Positions 43,801 to 55,800 of a stretch of DNA of 57,412 nt are shown here, piece after piece. Source of the DNA: Glycera tridactyla (taxonomy: Eukaryota); contig OZ286466.1 of the NCBI GenBank assembly GCA_965644265.1, positions 70,500,589 to 70,558,000 on the forward strand, written 5' to 3'. How positions within the stretch are numbered: position 1 is the stretch's first letter; the number at the start of each line of letters is the position of its first letter. The translations under genes were made by a program, and so were the position numbers. The notes under the pieces are model-generated. The model was not told where the DNA came from, ran no database searches, and saw only the letters and a list, made by a program, of their open reading frames with translations.

Positions 43801-46800
43801 ATGATTTACAATCACAGATCTCTAGCAACATGCTCATTGAAATCACCCCATGTGACAGTTTATACTGGTGTAGTGCACGATGTTGGACCTGAAATGGTAA
43901 GAATTACCTATTGTGGTGCCACAGGCTCTGTTCAGTACCCATTGGTCTACATTTGGATGGTTGGTCTGGATGTTGTCAGACCAGTTAGGATCCAGATGCA
44001 AGTAACACTTGCCATTAAAGTCAATGGCTAGACAAGACTGGTCATCGAGACAGGCCTTTTTACACTCCTCAGCGTTGGATGCTGATGGAACAACGATTCC
44101 ACCAAATGCTAGCTGGTTTGGGAAAGATTCCCATGAGATGCTACAGTCTGAAAACGAATGAGTTTGAAATACAAGATGTATCCATAAAAAGATAGTTTGG
44201 ATTTTGGAAGATGAGGACATGACCTGAATACATGGTACAAACTTCAGAATGATGGATAATTAGAGAATATATTCCGTGGAAATCTGGACAGGAGGATTAC
44301 AAAACCCATCATATTCTATCAGTTCTATACTTTCACCCAAGTTTTAGTTTTTGGAGTATGTGACACATATTGTGATAAAAAGGTGAATTACCATCTGCAC
44401 AGTTTTTTTCCAGCACCCATTGGTCAACCTCAGGATGATTCGTTTGGATTCTGTCTGGCCAGTTAGGATCCACATGCATGTAACACTTGCCATTGAAATC
44501 AATAGCTAGGCAGGACTGATCATTCAGACATTCATTCTGACATTCCTGTACATTGGATGCTGATGGGACAACAATCCCACCAAATGCTAGCTGTGATGGG
44601 AAGAAATTCCATGTAATGCTGCAGCCACCAGCTGAAATAAATAAGCATGGGTTCATCAATTGCGGAGATATATACATGTGTGGGTTTGTGACTTTACCCG
44701 GATATTCTTATGTCGTAATATCTTGCGTGAGTATATTTGACACAGGTATCAATCAGGGCCGAATGCCTTAGATTGAACCGATTTCAAATGCAAAATCGTC
44801 TATATTTCTGAAATCATGTGACAATGCAATAAATAAACTCTTTACCACTATTGTATCATGCTATATTATTTCCAGGAAACGTTATGCCATCCACCAGCTA
44901 TTTTGTTTCATATTGTCTGTTGTGTGCATCATGGCCAGCAGAAATGATGTGATTGTATCATCAGTCAGAGATTATTCTCCCAAATTGAAATCCTGCATTG
45001 CTGAGTGATTTGAGTGTACATAATTGAAGAAGACTGCATTTGAGGGTTTGTTTCAGCCAGAAAAGGGTTCGCACTGAGCAGGATAATTACCTATTGTGGT
45101 TCCACACGCTCGGTTCGGCACCCATTGATCAACATTAGGATGGTTAGTTTGAATTCTGTCTGACCAGTTAGGATCAACATGCATGTAACATTTTCCATTG
45201 AAATCGATGGCAAGACACGATCGATTGTTCAGGCAAGCATTTTTACATTCTTCGACTGTGGGGGCACTAGGAACAACGATTCCACCGAAGGCTAGTTGAT
45301 TAGGGAAAGATTCCCATGTGATACTACAATCAGGAGTTGCTGAAAATGAAGAGACATGTTTGAATTCCTCATGGTTTTCGAAGGTGAACTTGGTTCAGTA
45401 TATGATGCAGTTGTCACGAGATATGTTTCCTAGGTATTGTTCATTGTATTTTATTCATTTCCGACTATTTCTGACTCATCACAATGGGATGCAATTTTGG
45501 TGAGTGCCCATTTTCTTTTAGGTGTGTTCACATCGCTATGATTGGATGACCAGCCATACCTCGAATGGTTGACATTCATGCATGTTTACCAGGGGATTGT
45601 CGTGGAATTGAGAGCTGTGAATCTGTGGAGGCTTGTTTGTGATTCATTTTGGTTTGGCGGGGAACTGCTTTGCATTCCAGATATCCGGTGGTCTATTTTC
45701 GTTTGCATTTTTTGAAAGTCGGAGAATCTTCAGCAGATTGAGTGATTTGAAAGGGTTCTTCATAATGCGCATGCGGTATTCTTGTCTGTATCATGATTTA
45801 CAATCACAGATCTCCAGCAACATGCTCATTGAAATCACCCCATGTGACAGTTTATACTGGTGTAGTGCATGATGTTGAACAAGAAAAGGTAAGAATTACC
45901 TATTGTGGTGCCACAGGCTCTGTTCAGTACCCATTGGTCTACATTTGGATGGTTGGTCTGGATGTTGTCAGACCAGTTAGGATCCAGATGCAAGTAACAC
46001 TTGCCATTAAAGTCAATGGCTAGACAAGACTGGTCATCGAGACAGGCCTTTTTACACTCCTCAGCGTTGGATGCTGATGGAACAACGATTCCACCAAATG
46101 CTAGCTGGTTTGGGAAAGATTCCCATGAGATGCTACAGTCTGAAAACGAATGAGTTTGAAATACAAGATGTATCCATAAAAAGATAGTTTGGATTTCGGA
46201 AGATGAGGACATGACCTGAATACATGGTACTAACTTCAGAATGATGGATAATTAGAGAATATATTCCGTGGAAATCTGGGCTGGATTACAAAACCCATCG
46301 TATTCTATTAGTTTTTTACTTCCACCCAAGTTTCCGTTTTTGGGAGTATGTGACACATATTGTGATAAAAAGGTGAATTACCATCTGCACAGTTTTTGTC
46401 CAGCACCCATTGGTCAACCTCAGGATGATTCGTTTGGATTCTGTCTGGCCAGTTAGGATCCACATGCATGTAACACTTGCCATTGAAGTCAATAGCTAGG
46501 CATGACTGATTATTCAGACATTCATTCTGACATTCCTGTACATTGGATGCTGATGGGACAACAATCCCACCAAATGCTAGCTGTGATGGGAAGAAATTCC
46601 ATGTAATGCTGCAGCCACCAGCTGAAATAAATAAGCATGGGTTCATCAATTGCGGAGATATATACATGTGTGGGTTTGTGACTTTACCCGGAGATTCTTA
46701 TGTCGTAATATCTTGCATGAGTATAGTTGACACAGTTATGAATCAGGGCCAAATGCCTTAGATTGAACCGATTTCAAATGCAAAATCGTCTATATTTCTG

Positions 46801-49800
46801 GAATCATGTGACAATGCAATAAATAAACTCTTTAACACTATTGTATCAAGCTATATTATTTCCAGGAAACGTTATGCCATCCACCAGCTATTTTGTTTCA
46901 TATTGTCTGTTGTGTGCATCATGGCCAGCAGAAATGATGTGATTGTATCATCAGTCAGAGATTATTCTCCCAAATTGAAATCCTGCATTGCTGAGTGATT
47001 TGAGTGTACATAATTGAAGAAGACTGCATTTGAGGGTTTGTTTCAGCCAGAAAAGGGGCTGCACTGAGCAGGATAATTACCTATTGTGGTTCCACAGGCT
47101 CGGTTCGGCACCCATTGATCAACATCAGGATGGTTAGTTTGAATTCTGTCTGACCAGTTAGGATCAACATGCATGTAACATTTTCCATTGAAATCAATGG
47201 CAAGACACGATCGATTGTTCAGGCAAGCATTTTTACATTCTTCGACTGTAGGGGCACTAGGAACAACGATTCCACCGAAGGCAAGTTGATTAGGGAAAGA
47301 TTCCCATGTGATACTACAATCAGGAGTTGCTGAAAATGAAGGGACATGTTTGAATTCCTCATGGTTTTCGAAGGTGAACTTGGTTCAGTATTGATGCAGT
47401 TGTCACGAGATATGTTCTTCAGGTATTGTTCATTGTATTCTATTCATTTCTGACTCATCACAATGGGATGCGTTTTTGGTGATTGCCCATTTTTCGAGGT
47501 GTCATCACATCGCTATGATTGGTTTACCAGCCATACCTCGAATGGTTGACATTCATGCATGTTTACCAGGGGATTGTCATGGCATTGAGAGCTGTGAATC
47601 TGTGGAGGGTTGTTTGTGATTCATTTTGGTTTGGCGGGGAACTGCTTTGCATACCAGATATCCGGTGGTCTATTTTTGTTCGCATTTATTGAAAGTCAGA
47701 GCTTCTTCTGCGGATTGAGTGATTTGAAAGGGTTCTTCATAATGCGCATGCGGTATTCTTGTCTGTATCATGATTTACAATCACAGAACTCTAGCAACAT
47801 GATCATTGAAATTACCCCATGTGACAGTTTATACTGGTGTAGTGCACGATGTTGGACTTGAAAAGGTAAGAATTACCTATTGTGGTGCCACAGGCTCTGT
47901 TCAGTACCCATTGGTCTACATTTGGATGGTTGGTCTGGATGTTGTCAGACCAGTTAGGATCCAGATGCAAGTAACACTTGCCATTAAAGTCAATGGCTAG
48001 ACATGACTGGTCATCGAGACAGGCCTTTTTACACTCCTCAGCGTTGGATGCTGATGGAACAACGATTCCACCAAAGGCTAGCTGGTTTGGGAAAGATTCC
48101 CATGAGATGCTACAGTCTGAAAACGAATGAGTTTGAAATACAAGATTTATCCATAAAAAGATGGTTTGGATTTTGGAAGATGAGGACATGACCTGAATAC
48201 ATGGTACTAACTTCAGAATGATGGATAATTAGAAAATATATTCCGTGGAAATCTGGACAGGAGGAATACAAAACCCATCGTATTCCATTAGTTCTTTACT
48301 TCCACCCAAGTTTTAGTTTTTGGAGTATGTGACACATATTGTGATAAAAATGTGAATTACCATCTGCACAGTTTTTGTCCAGCACCCATTGGTCAACCTC
48401 AGGATGATTCGTTTGGATTCTGTCTGGCCAGTTAGGATCCACATGCATGTAACACTTGCCATTGAAGTCAATAGCTAGGCATGACTGATTATTCAGACAT
48501 TCATTCTGACATTCCTGAACATTGGATGCTGATGGGACAACAATCCCACCAAATGCTAGCTGTGATGGGAAGAAATTCCATGTAATGCTGCAGCCACCAG
48601 CTGAAATAAATAAGCATGGGTTCATCAATTGCGGAGATATATGCATATGTGGGTTTGCGACTTTACCCGGAGATTCTTATGTCGTAATATCTTGCATGAG
48701 TATAGTTGACACAGTTATAAATCAGGACCGAATGCCTCAGATCGAACCGATTTCATATGCGAAATCGTCTACATTTCTGAAATCATGTGACAATGCAATA
48801 AATAAATTATTTACCACTATTGTATCATGCTATATCATTTCCAGGAAACGTTATGCCATCCACCAGTTATTTTGTTTCATATTGTCTGTTGTGTGCATCA
48901 TGGCCAGCAGAAATGATGTGATTGTATCATCAGTCAGAGATTATTCTCCCAAATTGAAATCCTGCATTGCTGAGTGATTTGAGTGTACATAATTGAAGAA
49001 GACTGCATTTGAGGGTTTGTTTTAGCCAGAAAAGGGTTCGCACTGAGCAGGATATTTACCTATTGTGGTTCCACAGGCTCGGTTCGGCACCCATTGATCA
49101 ACATTAGGATGGTTAGTTTGAATTCTGTCTGACCAGTTAGGATCAACATGCATGTAACATTTTCCATTGAAATCAATGGCAAGACATGATCGATTGTTCA
49201 GGCAAGCATTTTTACATTCTTCGACTGTGGGGGCACTCGGAACAACGATTCCACCGAAGGCTAGTTGATTAGGGAAAGATTCCCATGTGATACTACAATC
49301 AGGAGTTGCTGAAAATGAAGAGACATGTTTGAATTCCTCATGGTTTTCGAAGATGAACTTGGTTCAGTATTGATGCAGTTGTCACGAGATATATTTCCTA
49401 GGTATTGTTCATTGTATTTTATTCATTTCCGACTATTTCTGACTCATCACAATGGGATGCAATTTTGGTGAGTGCCCATTTTTTTTGAGGTGTCATCACA
49501 TCGCTATGATTTGATGACCAGCCATACCTCGAATGGTTGACATTCATGCATGTTTACCAGGGGACTGTCATGGCATTGAGAGCTGTGAATCTGTGGAGGC
49601 TTGTTTGTGATTCATTTTGGTTTGGCGGGGAACTGCTTTGCATTCCAGATATCCGGTGGTCTATTTTTGTTTGCATTTATTGAAAGTCGGAGCTTCTTCA
49701 GCAGATTGAGTGATTTGAAAGGGTTCTTCATAATGCGCATGCGGTATTCTTGTCTGTATCATGATTTACAATCACAGATCTCTAGCAACATGCTCATTGA

Positions 49801-52800
49801 AATCACCCCATGTGACAGTTTATACTGGTGTAGTGCACGATGTTGGACATGAAAAGGTAAGAATTACCTATTGTGGTGCCACAGGCTCTGTTCAGTACCC
49901 ATTGGTCTACATTTGGATGGTTGGTCTGGATGTTGTCAGACCAGTTAGGATCCAGATGCAAGTAACACTTGCCATTAAAGTCAATGGCTAGACAAGACTG
50001 GTCATCGAGACAGGCCTTTTTACACTCCTCAGCGTTGGATGCTGATGGAACAACGATTCCACCAAAGGCTAGCTGGTTTGGGAAAGATTCCCATGAGATG
50101 CTACAGTCTGAAAACGAATGAGTTTGAAATACAAGATGTATCAATAAAAAGATGGTTTGGATTTTGGAAGATGAGGACATGACCTGAATACATGGTACAC
50201 ACTTCAAAATGATGGATAATTAGAAAATATATTCCGTGGAAATCTGGACAGGAGGATTACAAAACCCATCGTATTCTATTAGTTCTTTACTTCCACCCAA
50301 GTTTTAGTTTTTGGAGTATGTGACACATATTGTGATAAAAATGTGAATTACCATCTGCACAGTTTTTTTCCAGCACCCATTGGTCAACCTCAGGATGATT
50401 CGTTTGGATTCTGTCTGGCCAGTTAGGATCCACATGCATGTAACACTTGCCATTGAAGTCAATAGCTAGGCATGACTGATTATTCAGACATTCATTCTGA
50501 CATTCCTGTACATTGGATGCTGATGGGACAACAATCCCACCAAATGCTAGCTGTGATGGGAAGAAATTCCATGTAATGCTGCAGCCACCAGCTGAAATAA
50601 ATAAGCATGGGTTCATCAATTGCGGAGATATATACATGTGTGGGTTTGCGACTTTACCCGGATATTCTTATGTCGTAATATCTTGCGTGAGTATATTTGA
50701 CACAGGTATCAATCAGGGCCGAATGCCTTAGATTGAACCGATTTCATATGCGAAATGGTCTATATTTCTGGAATCATGTGACAATGCAATAAATAAACTC
50801 TTTAACACTATTGTATCATGCTATATTATTTCCAGGAAACGTTATGCCATCCACCAGCTATTTTGTTTCATATTGTCTGTTGTGTGCATCATGGCCTGCA
50901 GAAATGATGTGATTGTATCATCAGTCAGAGATTATTCTCCCAAATTGAAATCCTGCATTGCTGAGTGATTTGAGTATACATAATCGAAGAAGACTGCATT
51001 TGAGGGTTTGTTTCAGCCAGAAAAGGGTTTGCACTGAGCAGGATAATTACCTATTGTGGTTCCACAGGCTCGGTTCGGCACCCATTGATCAACATTAGGA
51101 TGGTTAGTTTGAATTCTGTCTGACCAGTTAGGATCAACATGCATGTAACATTTTCCATTGAAATCAATGGCAAGACACGATCGATTGTTCAGGCAAGCAT
51201 TTTTACATTCTTCGACTGTAGGGGCACTAGGAACAACGATTCCACCGAAGGCAAGTTGATTAGGGAAAGATTCCCATGTAATACTACAATCAGGAGTTGC
51301 TGAAAATGAAGAGACATGTTTGAATTCCTCATGGTTTTCGAATTTGAACTTGGTTCAGTATTGATGCAGTTGTCACGAGATATGTTTCCTAGGTATTGTT
51401 CATTGTATTCGATTCATTCCTGACTCATCACAATGGGATGCATTTTTGGGGAGTGCCCATTTTTCGAGGTGTCATCACATCGCTATGATTGGATTTCCAG
51501 CCACACCTCGAATGGTTGACATTCATGCATGTTTACCAGGGGATTGTCATGGCATTGAGAGCTGTGAATCTGCGGAGGCTTGTTTGTGATTCATTTTGGT
51601 TTGGCGGGGAACTGCTTTGCATGCCATATATCCGGTGGTTTCATATTTGTTTGTATTTATTGAGTCAGAGCTGCTTCAGCAGATCAAGTGATATGAAAGG
51701 GTTCATAATAATGCGCATGTGGTATTCTTGTCTGTATCATGATTTACAATCACAGACCTCTAGCAACATGCTCATTGAATTTACCCCATGTGACAGTTTG
51801 TACTGGTGTAGTGCACGACGTTGGACATGAAAAGGTAAGAATTACCTATTGTGGTGCCACAGGCTCTGTTCAGTACCCATTGGTCTACATTTGGATGGTT
51901 GGTCTGGATGTTGTCAGACCAGTTAGGATCCAGATGCAAGTAACACTTGCCATTAAAGTCAATGGCTAGACAAGACTGGTCATCGAGACAGGCCTTTTTA
52001 CACTCCTCAGCGTTGGATGCTGATGGAACAACGATTCCACCAAAGGCTAGCTGGTTTGGGAAAGATTCCCATGAGATGCTACAGTCTGAAAACGAATGAG
52101 TTTGAAATACAAGATGTATCCATAAAAAGATGGTTTGGATTTTGGAAGATGAGGACATGACCTGAATACATGGTACTAACTTCAGAATGATGGATAATTA
52201 GAAAATATATTCCGTGGAAATCTGGACAGGAGGAATACAAAACCCATCGTATTCTATTAGTTCTTTACTTCCACCCAAGTTTTAGTTTTTGGAGTATGTG
52301 ACACATTTTGTGATAAAAATGTGAATTACCATCTGCACAGTTTTTTTCCAGCACCCATTGGTCAACCTCAGGATGATTCGTTTGGATTCTGTCTGGCCAG
52401 TTAGGATCCACATGCATGTAACACTTGCCATTGAAGTCGATAGCTAGGCATGACTGATTATTCAGACATTCATTCTGACATTCCTGAACATTGGATGCTG
52501 ATGGGACAACAATCCCACCAAATGCTAGCTGTGATGGGAAGAAATTCCATGTAATGCTGCAGCCACCAGCTGAAATGAATAAGCATGGGTTCATCAATTG
52601 CGGAGATATATACATGTGTGGGTTTGCGACTTTACCCGGAGATTCTTATGTCGCAATATCTTGCATGAGTATAGTTGACACAGTTATGAATCAGGGCCGA
52701 ATGCCTCAGATCGAACCGATTTCATATGCGAAATCGTCTACATTTCTGAAATCATGTGACAATGCAATAAATAAATTATTTACCACTATTGTATCATGCT

Positions 52801-55800
52801 ATATCATTTCCAGCAAACGTTATGCCATCCACCAGCTATTCTGTTTCATATTGTCTGTTGTGTGCATCATGAACAGCAGAAATGATGTGATTGTATCATC
52901 AGTCAGAGATTATTCTCCCAAATTGAAATCCTGCATTGCTGAGTGATTTGAGTGTACATAATTGAAGAAGACTGCATTTGAGGGTTTGTTTCAGCCAGAA
53001 AAGGGTTCGCACTGAGCAGGATATTTACCTATTGTGGTTCCACAGGCTCGGTTCGGCACCCATTGATCAACATTAGGATGGTTAGTTTGAATTCTGTCTG
53101 ACCAGTTAGGATCAACATGCATGTAACATTTTCCATTAAAATCAATGGCAAGACATGATCGATTGTTCAGGCAAGCATTTTTACATTCTTCGACTGTGGG
53201 GGCACTCGGAACAACGATTCCACCGAAGGCTAGTTGATTAGGGAAAGATTCCCATGTGATACTACAATCAGGAGTTGCTGAAAATGAAGAGACATGTTTG
53301 AATTCCTCATGGTTTTCCAAGGTGAACTTGGTTCAGTATTGATGCAGTTGTCACGAGATATATTTCCTAGGTATTGTTCATTGTATTTTTATTCATTTCC
53401 GACTATTTCTGACTCATCACAATGGGATGCAATTTTGGTGAGTGCCCATTTTTTTCGAGGTGCCATCACATCGCTATGATTGGATGACCAGCCATACCTC
53501 GAATGGTTGACATTCATGCATGTTTACCAGGGGATTGTCATGGAATTGAGAGCTGTGAATCTGTGGAGGCTTGTTTGTGATTCATTTTGGTTTGGCGGGG
53601 AACTGCTTTGCATTCCAGATATCCGGTGGTCTATTTTTGTTTGCATTTATTGAAAGTCGGAGCTTCTTCAGCAGATTGAGTGATTTGAAAGGGTTCTTCA
53701 TAATGCGCATGCGGTATTCTTGTCTGTATCATGATTTACAATCACAGATCTCTAGCAACATGCTCATTGAAATCACCCCATGTGACAGTTTATACTGGTG
53801 TAGTGCACGATGTTGGACATGAAAAGGTAAGAATTACCTATTGTGGTGCCACAGGCTCTGTTCAGTACCCATTGGTCTACATTTGGATGGTTGGTCTGGA
53901 TGTTGTCAGACCAGTTAGGATCCAGATGCAAGTAACACTTGCCATTAAAGTCAATGGCTAGACAAGACTGGTCATCGAGACAGGCCTTTTTACACTCCTC
54001 AGCGTTGGATGCTGATGGAACAACGATTCCACCAAAGGCTAGCTGGTTTGGGAAAGATTCCCATGAGATGCTACAGTCTGAAAACGAATGAGTTTGAAAT
54101 ACAAGATGTATCCATAAAAAGATGGTTTGGATTTTGGAAGATGAGGACATGACCTGAATACATGGTACTAACTTCAGAATGATGGATAATTAGAAAATAT
54201 ATTCCGTGGAAATCTGGACAGGAGGATTACAAAACCCATCGTATTCTATTAGTTTTTTTACTTCCACCCAAGTTTTAGTTTTTGAGAGTATGTGACACAT
54301 ATTGTGATAAAAAGGTGAATTACCATCTGCACAGTTTTTTTCCAGCACCCATTGGTCAACCTCAGGATGATTCGTTTGGATTCTGTCTGGCCAGTTAGGA
54401 TCCACATGCATGTAACACTTGCCATTGAAGTCAATAGCTAGGCATGACTGATTATTCAGACATTCATTCTGACATTCCTGTACATTGGATGCTGATGGGA
54501 CAACAATCCCACCAAATGCTAGCTGTGATGGGAAGAAATTCCATGTAATGCTGCAGCCACCAGCTGAAATGAATAAGCATGGGTTCATCAATTGCGGAGA
54601 TATATACATGTGTGGGTTTGCGACTTTACCCGGATATTCTTATGTCGTGATATCTTGCGTGAGTATATTTGACACAGGTATCAATCAGGGCCGAATGCCT
54701 TAGATTGAACCGATTTCATATGCGAAATGGTCTATATTTCTGAAATCATGTGACAATGCAATAAATAAACTCTTTAACACTATTGTATCATGCTATATTA
54801 TTTCCAGCAAACGTTATGCCATCCACCAGCTATTTTGTTTCATATTGTCTGTTGTGTGCATCATGGCCAGCAGAAATGATGTGATTGTATCATCAGTCAG
54901 AGATTATCCTCCCAAATTGAAATCCTGCATTGTTGAGTGATTTGAGTATACATAATCGAAGAAGACTGCATTTGAGGGTTTGTTTCAGCCAGAAAAGGGG
55001 CTGCACTGAGCAGGATAATTACCTATTGTTGTTCCACAGGCTCGGTTCGGCACCCATTGATCAACATTAGGATGGTTAGTTTGAATTCTGTCTGACCAGT
55101 TAGGATCAACATGCATGTAACATTTTCCATTGAAATCAATGGCAAGACACGATCGATTGTTCAGGCAAGCATTTTTACATTCTTCGACTGTAGGGGCACT
55201 AGGAACAACGATTCCACCGAAGGCTAGTTGATTAGGGAAAGATTCCCATGTGATACTACAATCAGGAGTTGCTGAAAATGAAGAGACATGTTTGAATTCC
55301 TCATGGTTTTCGAATTTGAACTTGGTTCAGTATTGATGCAGTTGTCACGAGATATGTTTCCTAGGTATTGTTCATTGTATTCTATTCATTCCTGACTCAT
55401 CACAATGGGATGCATTTTTGGTGAGTGCCCATTTTTCGAGGGGTCATCACATCGCTATGATTGGATTTCCAGCCACACCTCGAATGGTTGACATTCATGC
55501 ATGTTTACCAGGGGATTGTCATGGCATTGAGAGCTGTGAATCTGTGGAGGCTTGTTTGTGATTCATTTTGGTTTGGCGGGGAACTGCTTTGCATGCCATA
55601 TATCCGGTGGTTTCATATTTGTTTGTATTTATTGAGTCAGAGCTGCTTCAGCAGATCAAGTGATATGAAAAGTTTCATAATGATGCGCATGTGGTATTCT
55701 TGTCTGTATCATGATTTACAATCACAGACCTCTAGCAACATGCTCATTGAATTTACCCCATGTGACAGTTTGTACTGGTGTAGTGCACGACGTTGGACAT